Counted from the first letter of the stretch, positions 9,359 through 18,786 are shown. The stretch is 64,000 nt of DNA from Candidatus Paceibacter sp. (GCA_013360865.1 JABWAS010000004.1:412-64411), one strand, 5' to 3'. The notes: generated from the letters alone by a model not told the origin. A program made the numbers and translations.

Positions 9359-10384
9359 ATGAAAGGAAAGGACTGGTTAAAGTTGGCTATTGCTGTCGGT
9401 GTTTTTGGGCTTGCCGGCTATCTTGTTTACTCAAACCGGCGGCTTAGTCCGGATGATTTCGGACAAACGGCTTGCACGCAGGAGGTCAAGCTTTGCCCGG
9501 GCGGATCATACGTCGGACGCGGCGGGCCGGATTGCGAATTCGCGGCTTGTCCGGCAGCAAAATCATCTTCAAGCGAGGCGGCCGTCAAATCTAAAGAACC
9601 AAGCGCAATAAAGACCGTGGAGCAGATCGGAAAGAAAACCGAAAAACAAACAGCGCCCCAGACCCAAAGCAAGAATTATTCCTCGTCAATTTCTCAAGCG
9701 GCATCCTCATCGCTGGCGCCGAACCCAGAGCCGGTAAAAAATAATTCAGACAGGCTTGTGTTGCATAACATCGGCATAGAGCTTGAGCCGTATGCGGCCG
9801 GAAATCGCGCCGGCGATATTGTGTTTACGAAGTCAATCGGCGAACATTTTTACAAAAAGGCCTTTATGGAATTCGGGACAGAGTTGACCGGACCGGGCGG
9901 CACGGACATTATGCCGCATCCAACTTATATTCTGCCTCTAGGAACAAAATTATTTTCCCCGGTAAAAGGAGTCGTGGAAAACATCAGATACCAGCCGGAT
10001 CACAACGATTATGAAGTAGTCATCGTACCCGACGGATACTCAAACTGGCGGTTAAGTTTTGACCATGTGACTAATTTAAAAGTCGCCAAAGGAGACAGGC
10101 TTGAGGTTAAAGGTGTCGTCGCCGAGGTGGCGCCAAGCTCTAGTTCGGCCGTTCCTGCCGGATTCGGGCTGGTGGAACTGCAGGTGTGGGGAGAAAGGTC
10201 TTTCTTTCAATCCGAAATGATGGCGACTTGCCCTTTTCTTCTTTTGGATGAAAGCGTAAGGCAATCCATTTATGACAAAATCACCCGGCTGGCCAACGAC
10301 TGGGAAAATTATCTGGGCCAGGACGTTTACCGGCAGGAAAAGTGGGTTGCTCCCGGCTGTCTTTATGAAACGGCCGGCGCCTGA
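9359..10384 (+). CDS. Membrane-anchored protein: Cys motif, S/T/K linker, M23-peptidase-like domain
   Basis: ACTQEVKLCPGGSYVGR; PLGTKLFSPVKGVV, FDHV..LKVAKGD. Confidence 0.65.
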   Translation: MKGKDWLKLAIAVGVFGLAGYLVYSNRRLSPDDFGQTACTQEVKLCPGGSYVGRGGPDCEFAACPAAKSSSSEAAVKSKEPSAIKTVEQIGKKTEKQTAPQTQSKNYSSSISQAASSSLAPNPEPVKNNSDRLVLHNIGIELEPYAAGNRAGDIVFTKSIGEHFYKKAFMEFGTELTGPGGTDIMPHPTYILPLGTKLFSPVKGVVENIRYQPDHNDYEVVIVPDGYSNWRLSFDHVTNLKVAKGDRLEVKGVVAEVAPSSSSAVPAGFGLVELQVWGERSFFQSEMMATCPFLLLDESVRQSIYDKITRLANDWENYLGQDVYRQEKWVAPGCLYETAGA

Positions 10385-10500
10385 CGGTAATAATTCAACT
10401 CTTAATACTCTTTTAATGCAAGTCCCGGTTATAATTCAGGGAAAAGTCGCGATGACAGCCTTTATCAAATAAAATTTTATTATTTTAATTATTTTAAATT

Positions 10501-10908
10501 ATGAAAATGAAAATGAATCCGGTGGTGCATTTTGAAATGCCCTACGAAGACCGGGAACGCGTGGCGAAATTTTATCAAAAAGCGTTTGGTTGGGAAACGC
10601 AAATGATGGGGGAAGATATGGGTAATTACGTCCTGGCCATGACAACCGAAACCGACGAGAAGCGCATGGTTAAAAAACCGGGCGCCATAAACGGCGGATT
10701 TTACCCGAGGGCTTATGACCCCAAAGAGCGTTATTCCCCCCGCATTGTAATCGCCGTGGATGATATTATGGAAGCGATAAAAAATGTGAAAAAAGAGGGA
10801 GGAATGGTGGAGGATGAGCCGATGGACATCCCCGGCGTCGGCCGTTTTGTTATCTTCGCGGACACGGAAGGTAATTACGTGGGAATGATCCAATCGGTTA
10901 ACATGTAA
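10501..10908 (+). CDS. VOC/glyoxalase family protein
   Basis: PVVHFEMP, FYQKAFGW, PGAINGG, FADTEGN. Confidence 0.92.
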   Translation: MKMKMNPVVHFEMPYEDRERVAKFYQKAFGWETQMMGEDMGNYVLAMTTETDEKRMVKKPGAINGGFYPRAYDPKERYSPRIVIAVDDIMEAIKNVKKEGGMVEDEPMDIPGVGRFVIFADTEGNYVGMIQSVNM

Positions 10909-10953
10909 AGACGTGAAAATAATCCCGCCGCGGCGGAGTTGTTTTGCTAAAAC

Positions 10954-11445
10954 ATGAATAAAAAACTTTTTATTTTAATTTTCGTTGCGGTTGCCATCGC
11001 CGGTTATTTGGGCTACTCAATTTTAACCTCCAATAAAAACCAGGAAACCATCGCGGTTAAGCTGTATTATTACAACCCCGCGCTGGATAAAGACGCGGCT
11101 GGGAATATTATGTGCGGCAGAAACGGTTTGGCGGCGGTTCGGCGAGATATCCCCAAAAATAAAATGCCGATTCAAGACACGATCCGGCTTTTGCTTAAAG
11201 GAGAGCTTACCGCGGAAGAACACGCTCAGGGAATAGGCACCGAATATCCGCTGGAAGGTTTTTCTTTGAAAGAAGCTTTTCTGAAGGACGGAATTTTGAC
11301 ACTTGAATTTGAAGACAGTAAAAACAAAACCGTCGGCGGATCGTGCCGCGTCGGTATTTTGTGGTTCCAGATTGAAGCGACGGCGAAGCAATTTCCGGAA
11401 GCGCGCGAAGTCCGTTTCCTGCCGGAAGAAATTTTCCAGCCTTAA
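10954..11445 (+). CDS. GerMN-domain secreted protein
   Basis: N-terminal TM; GGSCRV...QIEATAKQFP..FQP. Confidence 0.8.
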   Translation: MNKKLFILIFVAVAIAGYLGYSILTSNKNQETIAVKLYYYNPALDKDAAGNIMCGRNGLAAVRRDIPKNKMPIQDTIRLLLKGELTAEEHAQGIGTEYPLEGFSLKEAFLKDGILTLEFEDSKNKTVGGSCRVGILWFQIEATAKQFPEAREVRFLPEEIFQP

Positions 11446-11500
11446 AAAGTTAATAGTTTTTTAATTGCGGATATTTAAAGATAATTAAATAAAATATAAA

Positions 11501-11794
11501 ATGAAAAAATTTTTGATTATAATTTTTGTTTTGATTTTGGCGGGAGCGGGTTTTTACTTTTTAAAAGACAAAATTGGCGGAGGAAACATCGGCGGCAAAG
11601 AAGCTTTTTGTACTCCGGAACAGAGAAATGTTGACGCTTGCGCTAAGATTTACAAACCGGTTTGCGCCACGGTCAACATCCAGTGCATTAAAGCTCCATG
11701 CGAGCCGATAAAGCAAACTTTCGGTAACTCCTGCGAGGCTTGCCGCAATTCTCTGGTTAATTCATACATTGAGGGCGAGTGTGAGGGGAATTAG
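11501..11794 (+). CDS. Small secreted Cys-rich (Kazal-like) protein
   Basis: CAKIYKPVCA...QTFGNSCEAC...GEC. Confidence 0.7.
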   Translation: MKKFLIIIFVLILAGAGFYFLKDKIGGGNIGGKEAFCTPEQRNVDACAKIYKPVCATVNIQCIKAPCEPIKQTFGNSCEACRNSLVNSYIEGECEGN

Positions 11795-11910
11795 ACATCG
11801 CCTAAAAACGTGGACAAATTGGGAAATAAGTTGCTATAATTTAATAAATCGAATGTGCGCTACAAAATTGAGCGCGTTTACATTATTAATTAATCTATAA
11901 ATAAATTATC

Positions 11911-12669
11911 ATGAAAAATATTTTAGTGGGCGTCATAATCATTGCCGCCGTGGCGGCGGGCGTGTATTTTTACAATCAGAGGAATCAAAATCAAGAAGGC
12001 GTGTTTCCTACGGAAAATCCCTTCAGTTCATCCGCTATTTCAACGTCCCCGATTTCTGGTAAAGGCGAGGTTGTCTTCGTTGTGGCGGATAAATCCGTTG
12101 ACCTTCAAGGCGTAAGCGAGGTGGAACTTACTGCCAGCCGCATGGAACTGTACAGCGCCGGAAGCGGCTGGGTTGCGGTTTCAGGCCAGGCAAAAACCTA
12201 TAACCTGCTCCAACTTAAATCATCGGACCAGCTTTCACTGGCGGGGAGGGCTGATATTGACTCCGGAACCTACAACCAAGTCAGGTTAACTATTGATAAA
12301 GTCGTGGTGCAAACCAAGAATGGGGCAAGACTGACCGCCAATGTTCCTTCCAATACTTTTGCCGTAGCTAACACCGTCGTTGTAAACAGCGGAGAAACAG
12401 CCACGGTCAAATTGGATTTCAACGTTGCTGAATCTCTGCACACCACGGTCAGCAATGAGTATGTGTTCGCGCCGGTGGTTGAGGTTGAAGCGAGAAGCAA
12501 TGCCGATGTCGCGGTTGGCTCCAACAATATCGTGTCAATTAGCGGCGGTTCAGTTTCCAGCGACATAAAAGCCGGCATGGATCTTAACGGAGAAGTTAAA
12601 ATAAATTTCAAACTTGACGCGGGCGCGGTAATTAAACTGGAAGGCGGGGTGCTTGAGCTCAACCTGTAG
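11911..12669 (+). CDS. DUF4382-like secreted beta-sandwich protein
   Basis: N-terminal TM; GTYNQVRLTI, LDFNVAESL, YVFAPVV. Confidence 0.75.
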   Translation: MKNILVGVIIIAAVAAGVYFYNQRNQNQEGVFPTENPFSSSAISTSPISGKGEVVFVVADKSVDLQGVSEVELTASRMELYSAGSGWVAVSGQAKTYNLLQLKSSDQLSLAGRADIDSGTYNQVRLTIDKVVVQTKNGARLTANVPSNTFAVANTVVVNSGETATVKLDFNVAESLHTTVSNEYVFAPVVEVEARSNADVAVGSNNIVSISGGSVSSDIKAGMDLNGEVKINFKLDAGAVIKLEGGVLELNL

Positions 12670-12707
12670 TTTTAACTGAAGAACAAAATCGTAAAAAGTT
12701 TCAAACA

Positions 12708-12736
12708 TTGACAAGACCTAGTTTATTCGCTAGGCT
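12708..12736 (+). promoter_or_regulatory. Sigma70-like promoter
   Basis: TTGACA (12708-12713), 17-bp spacer, TAGGCT (12731-12736). Confidence 0.55.
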
Positions 12737-12867
12737 TGTTGAAGTTTTTTTAATGTACTTTTATTTATAAAAACTCTAAAAAGGAGGTGGTTATGACACA
12801 ATAAGGAAGTTGTTTTTTATTATTACTTTATTACTTTATTTTTGTTTTTAACTTTTGGAGGTTAAAA

Positions 12868-13371
12868 ATGAAGAGGGGTGTTTTTGGAATTATTAGTATT
12901 GTTTGTATTTTTTCTGCTTTATGGATGTTTGCTGGATGCGCTTCATCTCCAACACATTCATCCGTGTCTGTTGCCAAGACTGATTTGGCCGGGTATAGGG
13001 ACTGGACAACCACTGTTTCCAGAGTCGTAATGGATAAATCCAGCCCGTTTTACGGATTCCAGAGAGTACTCGTAAACGACATCGCGCTTCCTGTTTACAA
13101 AAGCGGGGGAAGTTACCCCGAAGGAAGCGTTTTAATTCTTGAATTTAACGAACCAATGGCGGAAGGTAACGATACCGCGATGGGAAAAACAAACTGGCTG
13201 GCGGTGATGACTCGCGATTCGGCGGCAACGCAGACAGGCGGCTGGATATTTTCGGCCGTTGACGGGAAAACAATGACCGTTAAGGCCGATGTTGACCCTG
13301 TGGCAGGTTGTTATAACTGTCATACTGCCCGAAAGGATAATAATTATATTTTTTCACGGTACAGCTATTAA
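12868..13371 (+). CDS. Cytochrome P460/c'-beta family lipoprotein (single C-terminal CxxCH)
   Basis: Lipobox FAGC; GYRDW, YPEGSVLILE, TGGWIF, CYNCH..RKDNNYIFS. Confidence 0.8.
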   Translation: MKRGVFGIISIVCIFSALWMFAGCASSPTHSSVSVAKTDLAGYRDWTTTVSRVVMDKSSPFYGFQRVLVNDIALPVYKSGGSYPEGSVLILEFNEPMAEGNDTAMGKTNWLAVMTRDSAATQTGGWIFSAVDGKTMTVKADVDPVAGCYNCHTARKDNNYIFSRYSY

Positions 13372-13404
13372 GTTTAATTTTAAAACGTTTATTGTGTTAG
13401 ACAT

Positions 13405-13443
13405 GAGGCAATCGTCTTTAGTTCAGACGGTTGCCTCTTTTTT
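13405..13443 (+). terminator. Intrinsic terminator
   Basis: GAGGCAATCGTCT / AGACGGTTGCCTC stem followed by T run. Confidence 0.75.
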
Positions 13444-13522
13444 ATTTCGGAAGGTTGTATATAATGAAGCATGAGTCAAAAGGCGAACGGTTAACTTATC
13501 AGGTAAAATTTATTTTAAAAAC

Positions 13523-13921
13523 ATGAAAGGATTTCACACAAACATAGAAAAAGACACTTTGGATAACAATAATTATCGCAAGGTGCTTTACACTTCTAAG
13601 CATAGCCAGCTGGTGCTAATGAGCCTTAAGCCAACGGAAGAGATAGGGATGGAGGTTCATCCGGACAACGACCAGTTTTTCCGCTTTGAAAAAGGTGTGG
13701 GCAAGTGCGTTATAGACGGACATGAATACGAGGTGAAAGACGGCTCGGCCATAGTTGTGCCAGCTGGAGCGCGGCACAATGTTATAAATGTTTCCGATTC
13801 GCAGGAATTAAAACTTTATACCATCTATTCTCCTGCCCACCACAGGGATGGCGTGGTAAGGGTGACGAAATCTGAAGCCGAAGCCGATAGTCCGGAATTT
13901 GACGGCAAAACAACGGAGTAA
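13523..13921 (+). CDS. Cupin domain protein
   Basis: QLVLMSL..EEIGMEVH..NDQFF, VPAGARHNVIN, LYTIYSP. Confidence 0.92.
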   Translation: MKGFHTNIEKDTLDNNNYRKVLYTSKHSQLVLMSLKPTEEIGMEVHPDNDQFFRFEKGVGKCVIDGHEYEVKDGSAIVVPAGARHNVINVSDSQELKLYTIYSPAHHRDGVVRVTKSEAEADSPEFDGKTTE

Positions 13922-13932
13922 AAAAGCCAAGC

Positions 13933-13983
13933 AAAAACCGACCTGCTAGGTTGAAGAAGTTAAAACCTGGCAGGTCGGTTTTT
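13933..13983 (+). terminator. Intrinsic terminator-like hairpin
   Basis: AAAAACCGACCTGCTAGGTT / AACCTGGCAGGTCGGTTTTT. Confidence 0.7.
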
Positions 13984-13987
13984 CAGT

Positions 13988-15496
13988 TTGAAATATTTTT
14001 TCATTTATGCGAAAATAATGCCTATGAAAAAGAATCCAAATGGAAACTTAAACGAACGCCCGGTCGTTTTTTTTATTTTTGGAGCGACGGGGGACTTGGC
14101 CGCCAAGAAAATAATTCCAGCGCTGTTTAATCTTTATGGGAAGAAAGCGCTGCCGAAAAATTTTAAAATCGTCGGCTTCGCGCGCAAAGATTACAACGGC
14201 GGAAAATTCGCCGAGTACTCGGCGGAGATAGTGAAAAAGCGCTTCGGCGAAAATGTTCCGGAGAAAGAGCTTAAAAGTTTCCGCAAGTTGTTTGAGTATC
14301 ATCAAGGCCAGCTTCCGGACATGGCGGCTTACGCCAGCCTGGCGGAGAAAGTAAAAAAGATGGATGGAAAAAGCGGCGATACTTGCGACAAAATTTTCTA
14401 TCTTTCCATCGCGCCGGAATTTTACGGAACCGTTTTGGAAAACATCGCCGCGTCCGGACTTGATTCTTCCAAAACCAGAGGCGGCGGCCGCGCGAGGATA
14501 ATAATAGAAAAACCTTTCGGCGACAATCTTAAGTCGGCCCAAAAAATTGAAGCTTTAATCGGGAGGCTCTTCAACGAAGATCAGATTTACCGCATTGACC
14601 ATTATTTGGGCAAAGAAATGCTGCAAAACATCCTGGCTTTCCGTTTCGCCAATAATTTACTGGAAAGTTCCTGGAGCAATAAAACCATAGAGAGCATCAA
14701 CATCAGTCTGCTGGAAGAGTTGGGCGTGGAGCACCGCGGCGCGTTTTACGACGCGGTGGGGGCGTTCCGCGACGTCGGGCAAAACCACTTGCTGCAGGCG
14801 CTGGCGCTGATAACAATGGAACGGCCGAAGAAATACGACGCCGATTCCATTATAAAAAACCGGGCCGAGTTGTTGGAGCAACTGATTCCGCCGTCGGGAA
14901 AGGCGGTAACCTCATCCGCTTTCCGCGCCCAGTACAAAGGCTACGGCAAAATTGAAGGGGTGAAGCCGAGTTCGCGGACGGAAACATATTTTAAAGTGAA
15001 AGCCGCCCTTTCTTCTCCGAGGTGGAAAGGCGTGCCGATAATTCTGGAGGGAGGGAAGAGAATGGGCGAAAGGCTCAAAGAGATAGTCGTTTCCTTCAAA
15101 CCGGCGTCGCCGCTTTCCGGCCTTGGCTCGTCTCGCGGCCTGCCTCGCAAGGCGGGCGAAGCGGCGGGCGGAATCGCTTGCCAAAGCGAGCTTGTCTTCC
15201 GGTGGGAGCCGGAGGAAAGGATAAAAATAAAATTCTGCTCCAAAAAGCCTGGCGCCAAAGCGGAAGTGGAGGGCAGGGAATTTGATTTCTTCTACCGCGA
15301 TTCTTCAGAAAGGGTGCAGTACGTTGAGGAGTATGAGAAGCTGATTTCCGATTGTTTGGCCGGGGACAGGACGCATTTTATAAGCGCCAGAGAAATATAC
15401 GCGATGTGGAAGTTTGCCGACGCGGTGGTCAGAGGCTGGGAGAAGAATCTGGCGCCGCTCCATTCTTACGAGCCGGGCAGTAAAAATTTTTCCTGA
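13988..15496 (+). CDS. zwf: Glucose-6-phosphate 1-dehydrogenase (true start probably a few codons downstream)
   Basis: FGATGDLA, EKPFG, RIDHYLGKE, RDVGQNHLLQ. Confidence 0.96.
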   Translation: MKYFFIYAKIMPMKKNPNGNLNERPVVFFIFGATGDLAAKKIIPALFNLYGKKALPKNFKIVGFARKDYNGGKFAEYSAEIVKKRFGENVPEKELKSFRKLFEYHQGQLPDMAAYASLAEKVKKMDGKSGDTCDKIFYLSIAPEFYGTVLENIAASGLDSSKTRGGGRARIIIEKPFGDNLKSAQKIEALIGRLFNEDQIYRIDHYLGKEMLQNILAFRFANNLLESSWSNKTIESINISLLEELGVEHRGAFYDAVGAFRDVGQNHLLQALALITMERPKKYDADSIIKNRAELLEQLIPPSGKAVTSSAFRAQYKGYGKIEGVKPSSRTETYFKVKAALSSPRWKGVPIILEGGKRMGERLKEIVVSFKPASPLSGLGSSRGLPRKAGEAAGGIACQSELVFRWEPEERIKIKFCSKKPGAKAEVEGREFDFFYRDSSERVQYVEEYEKLISDCLAGDRTHFISAREIYAMWKFADAVVRGWEKNLAPLHSYEPGSKNFS

Positions 15497-15558
15497 CTAA
15501 AAATTAATAAAAAAGCCCCGCGCCGAGATCGCCTCGGTCGCGGGAAAAGCTTAGTTTT

Positions 15559-16932
15559 TTATTTTCTGACTCTTATTTTCAAAACAACTTTCAGTGAAGG
15601 AATTTTGTAATCATGTTCTTCGTTGAAAGGCTCTTTGTTAACGTAAAATCTTACTCGGGCCTTTCCTTTCTTAATGCCTTCAATAAAAAAGCAGGCCACG
15701 CCTTTTTCATCAGTGAAAACAATTCTCTCCGAACTTTTATCGCCGGAATCGTTTAAAAAAACTACTTTTTTCCGGTTGCCCTTTTTTATTTTCCCCGTCA
15801 CTGGTATATTAACCAATCCTTCTCCTTCTTGGCATTTAACTGTTATCAGCACAGTAGCCGTTTCTCCGACATTTATCTCAATATTATTGATAAGAATGTC
15901 CAGAGATGAAACTTCACTGCATCTTTGTTGCGGAGGGGTAGGTTCCGGGCTTGGCTTAGGAGTCGGGGTTGGTGTTATTGCCGGTGTGGGAGTAGGGGGT
16001 GGCTTGGTCGGAGAAGGGGATGGACTCGGTGTCGGCGTTGCTGCGTGAGTCGGCGTCGGTGAGGGTTGTGGAGTTGGGGTCAAAGTCAATGTTGGGGTTG
16101 GCGACGGTGTCGGTATCGGCGGAGGTGGGACGTTGCCCAAGTCATCCGTCCAGACTCTTAATATTTCTTCCGGCGTCAGGACTTTGTCGTAAACCCTGAC
16201 ATTGTCAATTTTACCGTCAAATGGAAAATTATTTTTTCCGAATACATTCCCAATAGTCAGTTTATCACCGGTTGACCTTATCGTTTCCGACGGTTCTGCT
16301 TGGACTGAAACTACAAATGGTTGAATATCTTTCGTCCCCTTGTAAAAAATTATATTGTCTGTTCCCGGCAAGGCGGCGCCATTGTAAGTCAGGGCAACGA
16401 AAACCCACTCGTTGGGGTTTTCAAAATTACCGCTCTGCCGGTCCGTTTCATGTCCGTTGTAATGAAACACGAAATCTTTGTATTTGAAAGCTATATTCCA
16501 CCCTTCGTCACCGGAGCCTTTATAAACAGGAAAGGATCCGTTGCCATCGTTTTGATCGGTCAGGTGCCAAAACGTGACCGTCATTTGTTTCAACCCGTCC
16601 GCCAACGCGCTTGATTCCGCTTCACATCTTCCACCGGTTCCGGCCATTTCGGTGGAGGCGGTGTTATCAAAACAGCGATCTCCGGGTTGTCCGGATATAC
16701 CTTCACCGTCAGGTGAACGCAGGTCGGCATTGTTGCCATTCGCGTCCTTCATTGTAAAGTTTCCCTTTTGCGAGCCGGCATTGTGGATGGTGGAGCCCCC
16801 ATCCTCATTAAAAGTTAGGTGAACCAGGGCTGGCGGTAAATCGTCCGGCAAAACAAACTTGATATAAGACATAGACAATAAAGCAAAAACAATAACCCCT
16901 ATCCAAACAAAATCAAACCTTAATATCTTCAC
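15559..16932 (-). CDS. Secreted LamG/laminin-G3 protein with Pro/Thr linker and C-terminal Ig-like domain
   Basis: [25 protein letters not shown]; long PT-rich linker; [11 protein letters not shown]. Confidence 0.8.
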   Translation of the reverse strand: MKILRFDFVWIGVIVFALLSMSYIKFVLPDDLPPALVHLTFNEDGGSTIHNAGSQKGNFTMKDANGNNADLRSPDGEGISGQPGDRCFDNTASTEMAGTGGRCEAESSALADGLKQMTVTFWHLTDQNDGNGSFPVYKGSGDEGWNIAFKYKDFVFHYNGHETDRQSGNFENPNEWVFVALTYNGAALPGTDNIIFYKGTKDIQPFVVSVQAEPSETIRSTGDKLTIGNVFGKNNFPFDGKIDNVRVYDKVLTPEEILRVWTDDLGNVPPPPIPTPSPTPTLTLTPTPQPSPTPTHAATPTPSPSPSPTKPPPTPTPAITPTPTPKPSPEPTPPQQRCSEVSSLDILINNIEINVGETATVLITVKCQEGEGLVNIPVTGKIKKGNRKKVVFLNDSGDKSSERIVFTDEKGVACFFIEGIKKGKARVRFYVNKEPFNEEHDYKIPSLKVVLKIRVRK

Positions 16933-17106
16933 GTTCTTCCTCCTTCTTTTTCCTTTTTTGTCAAAAATAAGTGTCTTTATTTTTATTGAAAAGTGCTCAG
17001 TTTTATCTAATTATTTTTACCATTTTTGTTGTTTGTTGTCAATTTTTGCCACGGTCAGTTCCAGAATTAATTGCAACACCTGATTAGAAGTTAAACTAAT
17101 TAGGCC

Positions 17107-17337
17107 ATGAAGAAAAAATACAAAGGCGGCAAGCCCCGCAATGGCTCCGGTAAATACAATGCCGATGTAGCCCACCGAAAGGCGCTGGCAAGAATTGCCA
17201 ATGGAGGCAATATTCCTAAAACCGCCAAGTGCAAGCGTTTGAAATCATATATCGAGGCCAAGCTCAAAGACGAGCGGTGGTCGCCCGAGCAAGTGAGTAT
17301 TCGCCTGCCTCATGAATTTCCGAAAGATGAGTCGATC
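17107..17337 (+). mobile_element. IS30-family transposase fragment
   Basis: YIEAKLKDERWSPEQVSIRL matches IS30 WSPEQI motif; no DDE core. Confidence 0.7.
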
Positions 17338-17520
17338 TGTAGGGTACCCCTTTCTTAGGACACCTTCTCCATATGTTTGATTGTATCAATTTTATTGGCG
17401 GCGGCAAACTGAACCGGCGCCATTTTTAACGCAACTGGGAATAAAAGGATTCCTGATAACCGTTCTCCCAAGGACAGCCCGGTTTGGAACGAGAGATTAA
17501 GGAACCGACATTTTCCAGAA
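17338..17520 (-). mobile_element. IS3-family remnant (integrase-core fragment and terminal IR)
   Basis: SRSKPGCPWENGYQESFYSQL on minus strand; IS3-like end TGTAGGGTACCCCTTTCTTAGGACAC starting at 17338. Confidence 0.65.
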
Positions 17521-17548
17521 TGGTTCTGAAACCCTTTTCGAAAAATTG

Positions 17549-17635
17549 CGGAGGGTACAGGATTTGAACCTGTGAGGGGATTTCTCCCCAACCGCATTTC
17601 GAGTGCGGCGCGTTAGACCACTCTGCCAACCCTCC
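17549..17635 (-). tRNA. tRNA-Ser(CGA)
   Basis: GGAGGGT/ACCCTCC acceptor, CCGCA-CTCGAAA-TGCGG anticodon arm, long variable arm. Confidence 0.95.
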
Positions 17636-17705
17636 AAGTCTATTTTTAGCACAAAATAAGGGCATTTACAATTGAGCCGTTTTAGGTTAAATTTATATTG
17701 TTTAA

Positions 17706-17779
17706 GGGCGGTTAGCTCAGTTGGTTAGAGCGTTACATTGACATTGTAAAGGTCAGAGGTTCGACTCCTCTACCGCCCA
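17706..17779 (+). tRNA. tRNA-Val(GAC)
   Basis: GGGCGGT/ACCGCCC, TTACA-TTGACAT-TGTAA, GGTTCGA. Confidence 0.95.
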
Positions 17780-17799
17780 CAAGCTCGTTTCGAGCTTAC

Positions 17800-17871
17800 G
17801 GCCCTATCGTCTAACGGTTAGGACATCGGCTTTTCAAGCCGGTAATCGGGGTTCGATTCCCCGTAGGGTCA
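17800..17871 (+). tRNA. tRNA-Glu(TTC)
   Basis: GGCCCTA/TAGGGTC, TCGGC-TTTTCAA-GCCGG, GGTTCGATTCC. Confidence 0.95.
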
Positions 17872-18004
17872 AAAAAATAGGAAGAAAAATGCGGAGCATT
17901 TTGCGACCATATTTTTGTAGATACTATGGGGAATCGAAAGCCGGAGTTCCGCTTTGCGGAACGAGGCGGGGTCGCGAAAATTTGCGAAGCAAATTATTTG
18001 TGAC

Positions 18005-18026
18005 CGATTCCCCGTAGGGTCAAAAA
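18005..18026 (+). repeat. 22-bp direct repeat of the tRNA-Glu 3' end (att-like)
   Basis: CGATTCCCCGTAGGGTCAAAAA at 17854-17875 and 18005-18026; inverted near-copy at 17924-17938. Confidence 0.9.
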
Positions 18027-18027
18027 C

Positions 18028-18786
18028 ATGGACAACATATATCTCGTACAAAGAACATTCCAATATGATTATATATATTTTGATGCCGTTTTTTTAATAA
18101 TCTGGATTGCTGTTTTGATTTATAAAAAAGAACATAGGGCGTTGCTGTTTGCTGTTGCTGTATCACCGTTGATTTATTTTATAGACGCTTATGTTTGGTG
18201 GAACAGTAAAATAGGGGATACTTATGTAAGGGAATATTGGATTAATGGCGTGCAAGTTCCTCACCCAGTTGGAAATTATTTTGTTACTAAATTCGGGGCA
18301 GATTTTATGATGACAATTTCCTATTCTTTATTTACATTCGCTTGGATTTGGATATTTTTTAAATATTTTAGAAGTAATAAGACTATAATTCCCATTAAGT
18401 ACGCGATTCTGTGGTTGTCTTTCTGGATATTTACTCCGGCATTATCAATTATGGCAAAAATAAATGATTCCACCGTTTACGCCGTTAGGCATATGCAATC
18501 GCAATATTTTATTTGGATTCTAGCCACCATTATATCCTATTTTGTTTTAGCGTTTGTTTATAAAAAAGAAAAAGTAATAGTTTTAAAACTATTTTGCGCG
18601 GGTTTTGTCGCTGTTATTATTATGGAATTTCCTCTTTTCGTTTTTAATATAAGACAGATGGGCTTTAAAATATTAATCTTTGACGGTTTTTTTATGATAA
18701 ATCAAGCTATCCCGGCGCTTTATATATTCTATGATAAGGTTTTAATGAAGCGGTTCAACTTTCCAAAAAATATTTTTCCTATATAA
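18028..18786 (+). CDS. Hypothetical multi-pass membrane protein (AT-rich)
   Basis: 252-aa ORF with about 7 hydrophobic segments. Confidence 0.7.
   Translation: MDNIYLVQRTFQYDYIYFDAVFLIIWIAVLIYKKEHRALLFAVAVSPLIYFIDAYVWWNSKIGDTYVREYWINGVQVPHPVGNYFVTKFGADFMMTISYSLFTFAWIWIFFKYFRSNKTIIPIKYAILWLSFWIFTPALSIMAKINDSTVYAVRHMQSQYFIWILATIISYFVLAFVYKKEKVIVLKLFCAGFVAVIIMEFPLFVFNIRQMGFKILIFDGFFMINQAIPALYIFYDKVLMKRFNFPKNIFPI

Noticed and set aside
7812-13921. Integron cassette array
   Set aside because: Co-oriented short genes, but no integrase and no repeated attC-like sites; several genes have their own -10 boxes
15940-16135. Repetitive GGNGT tract as a DNA repeat element
   Set aside because: Explained by the Pro/Thr linker codons of the LamG protein on the minus strand
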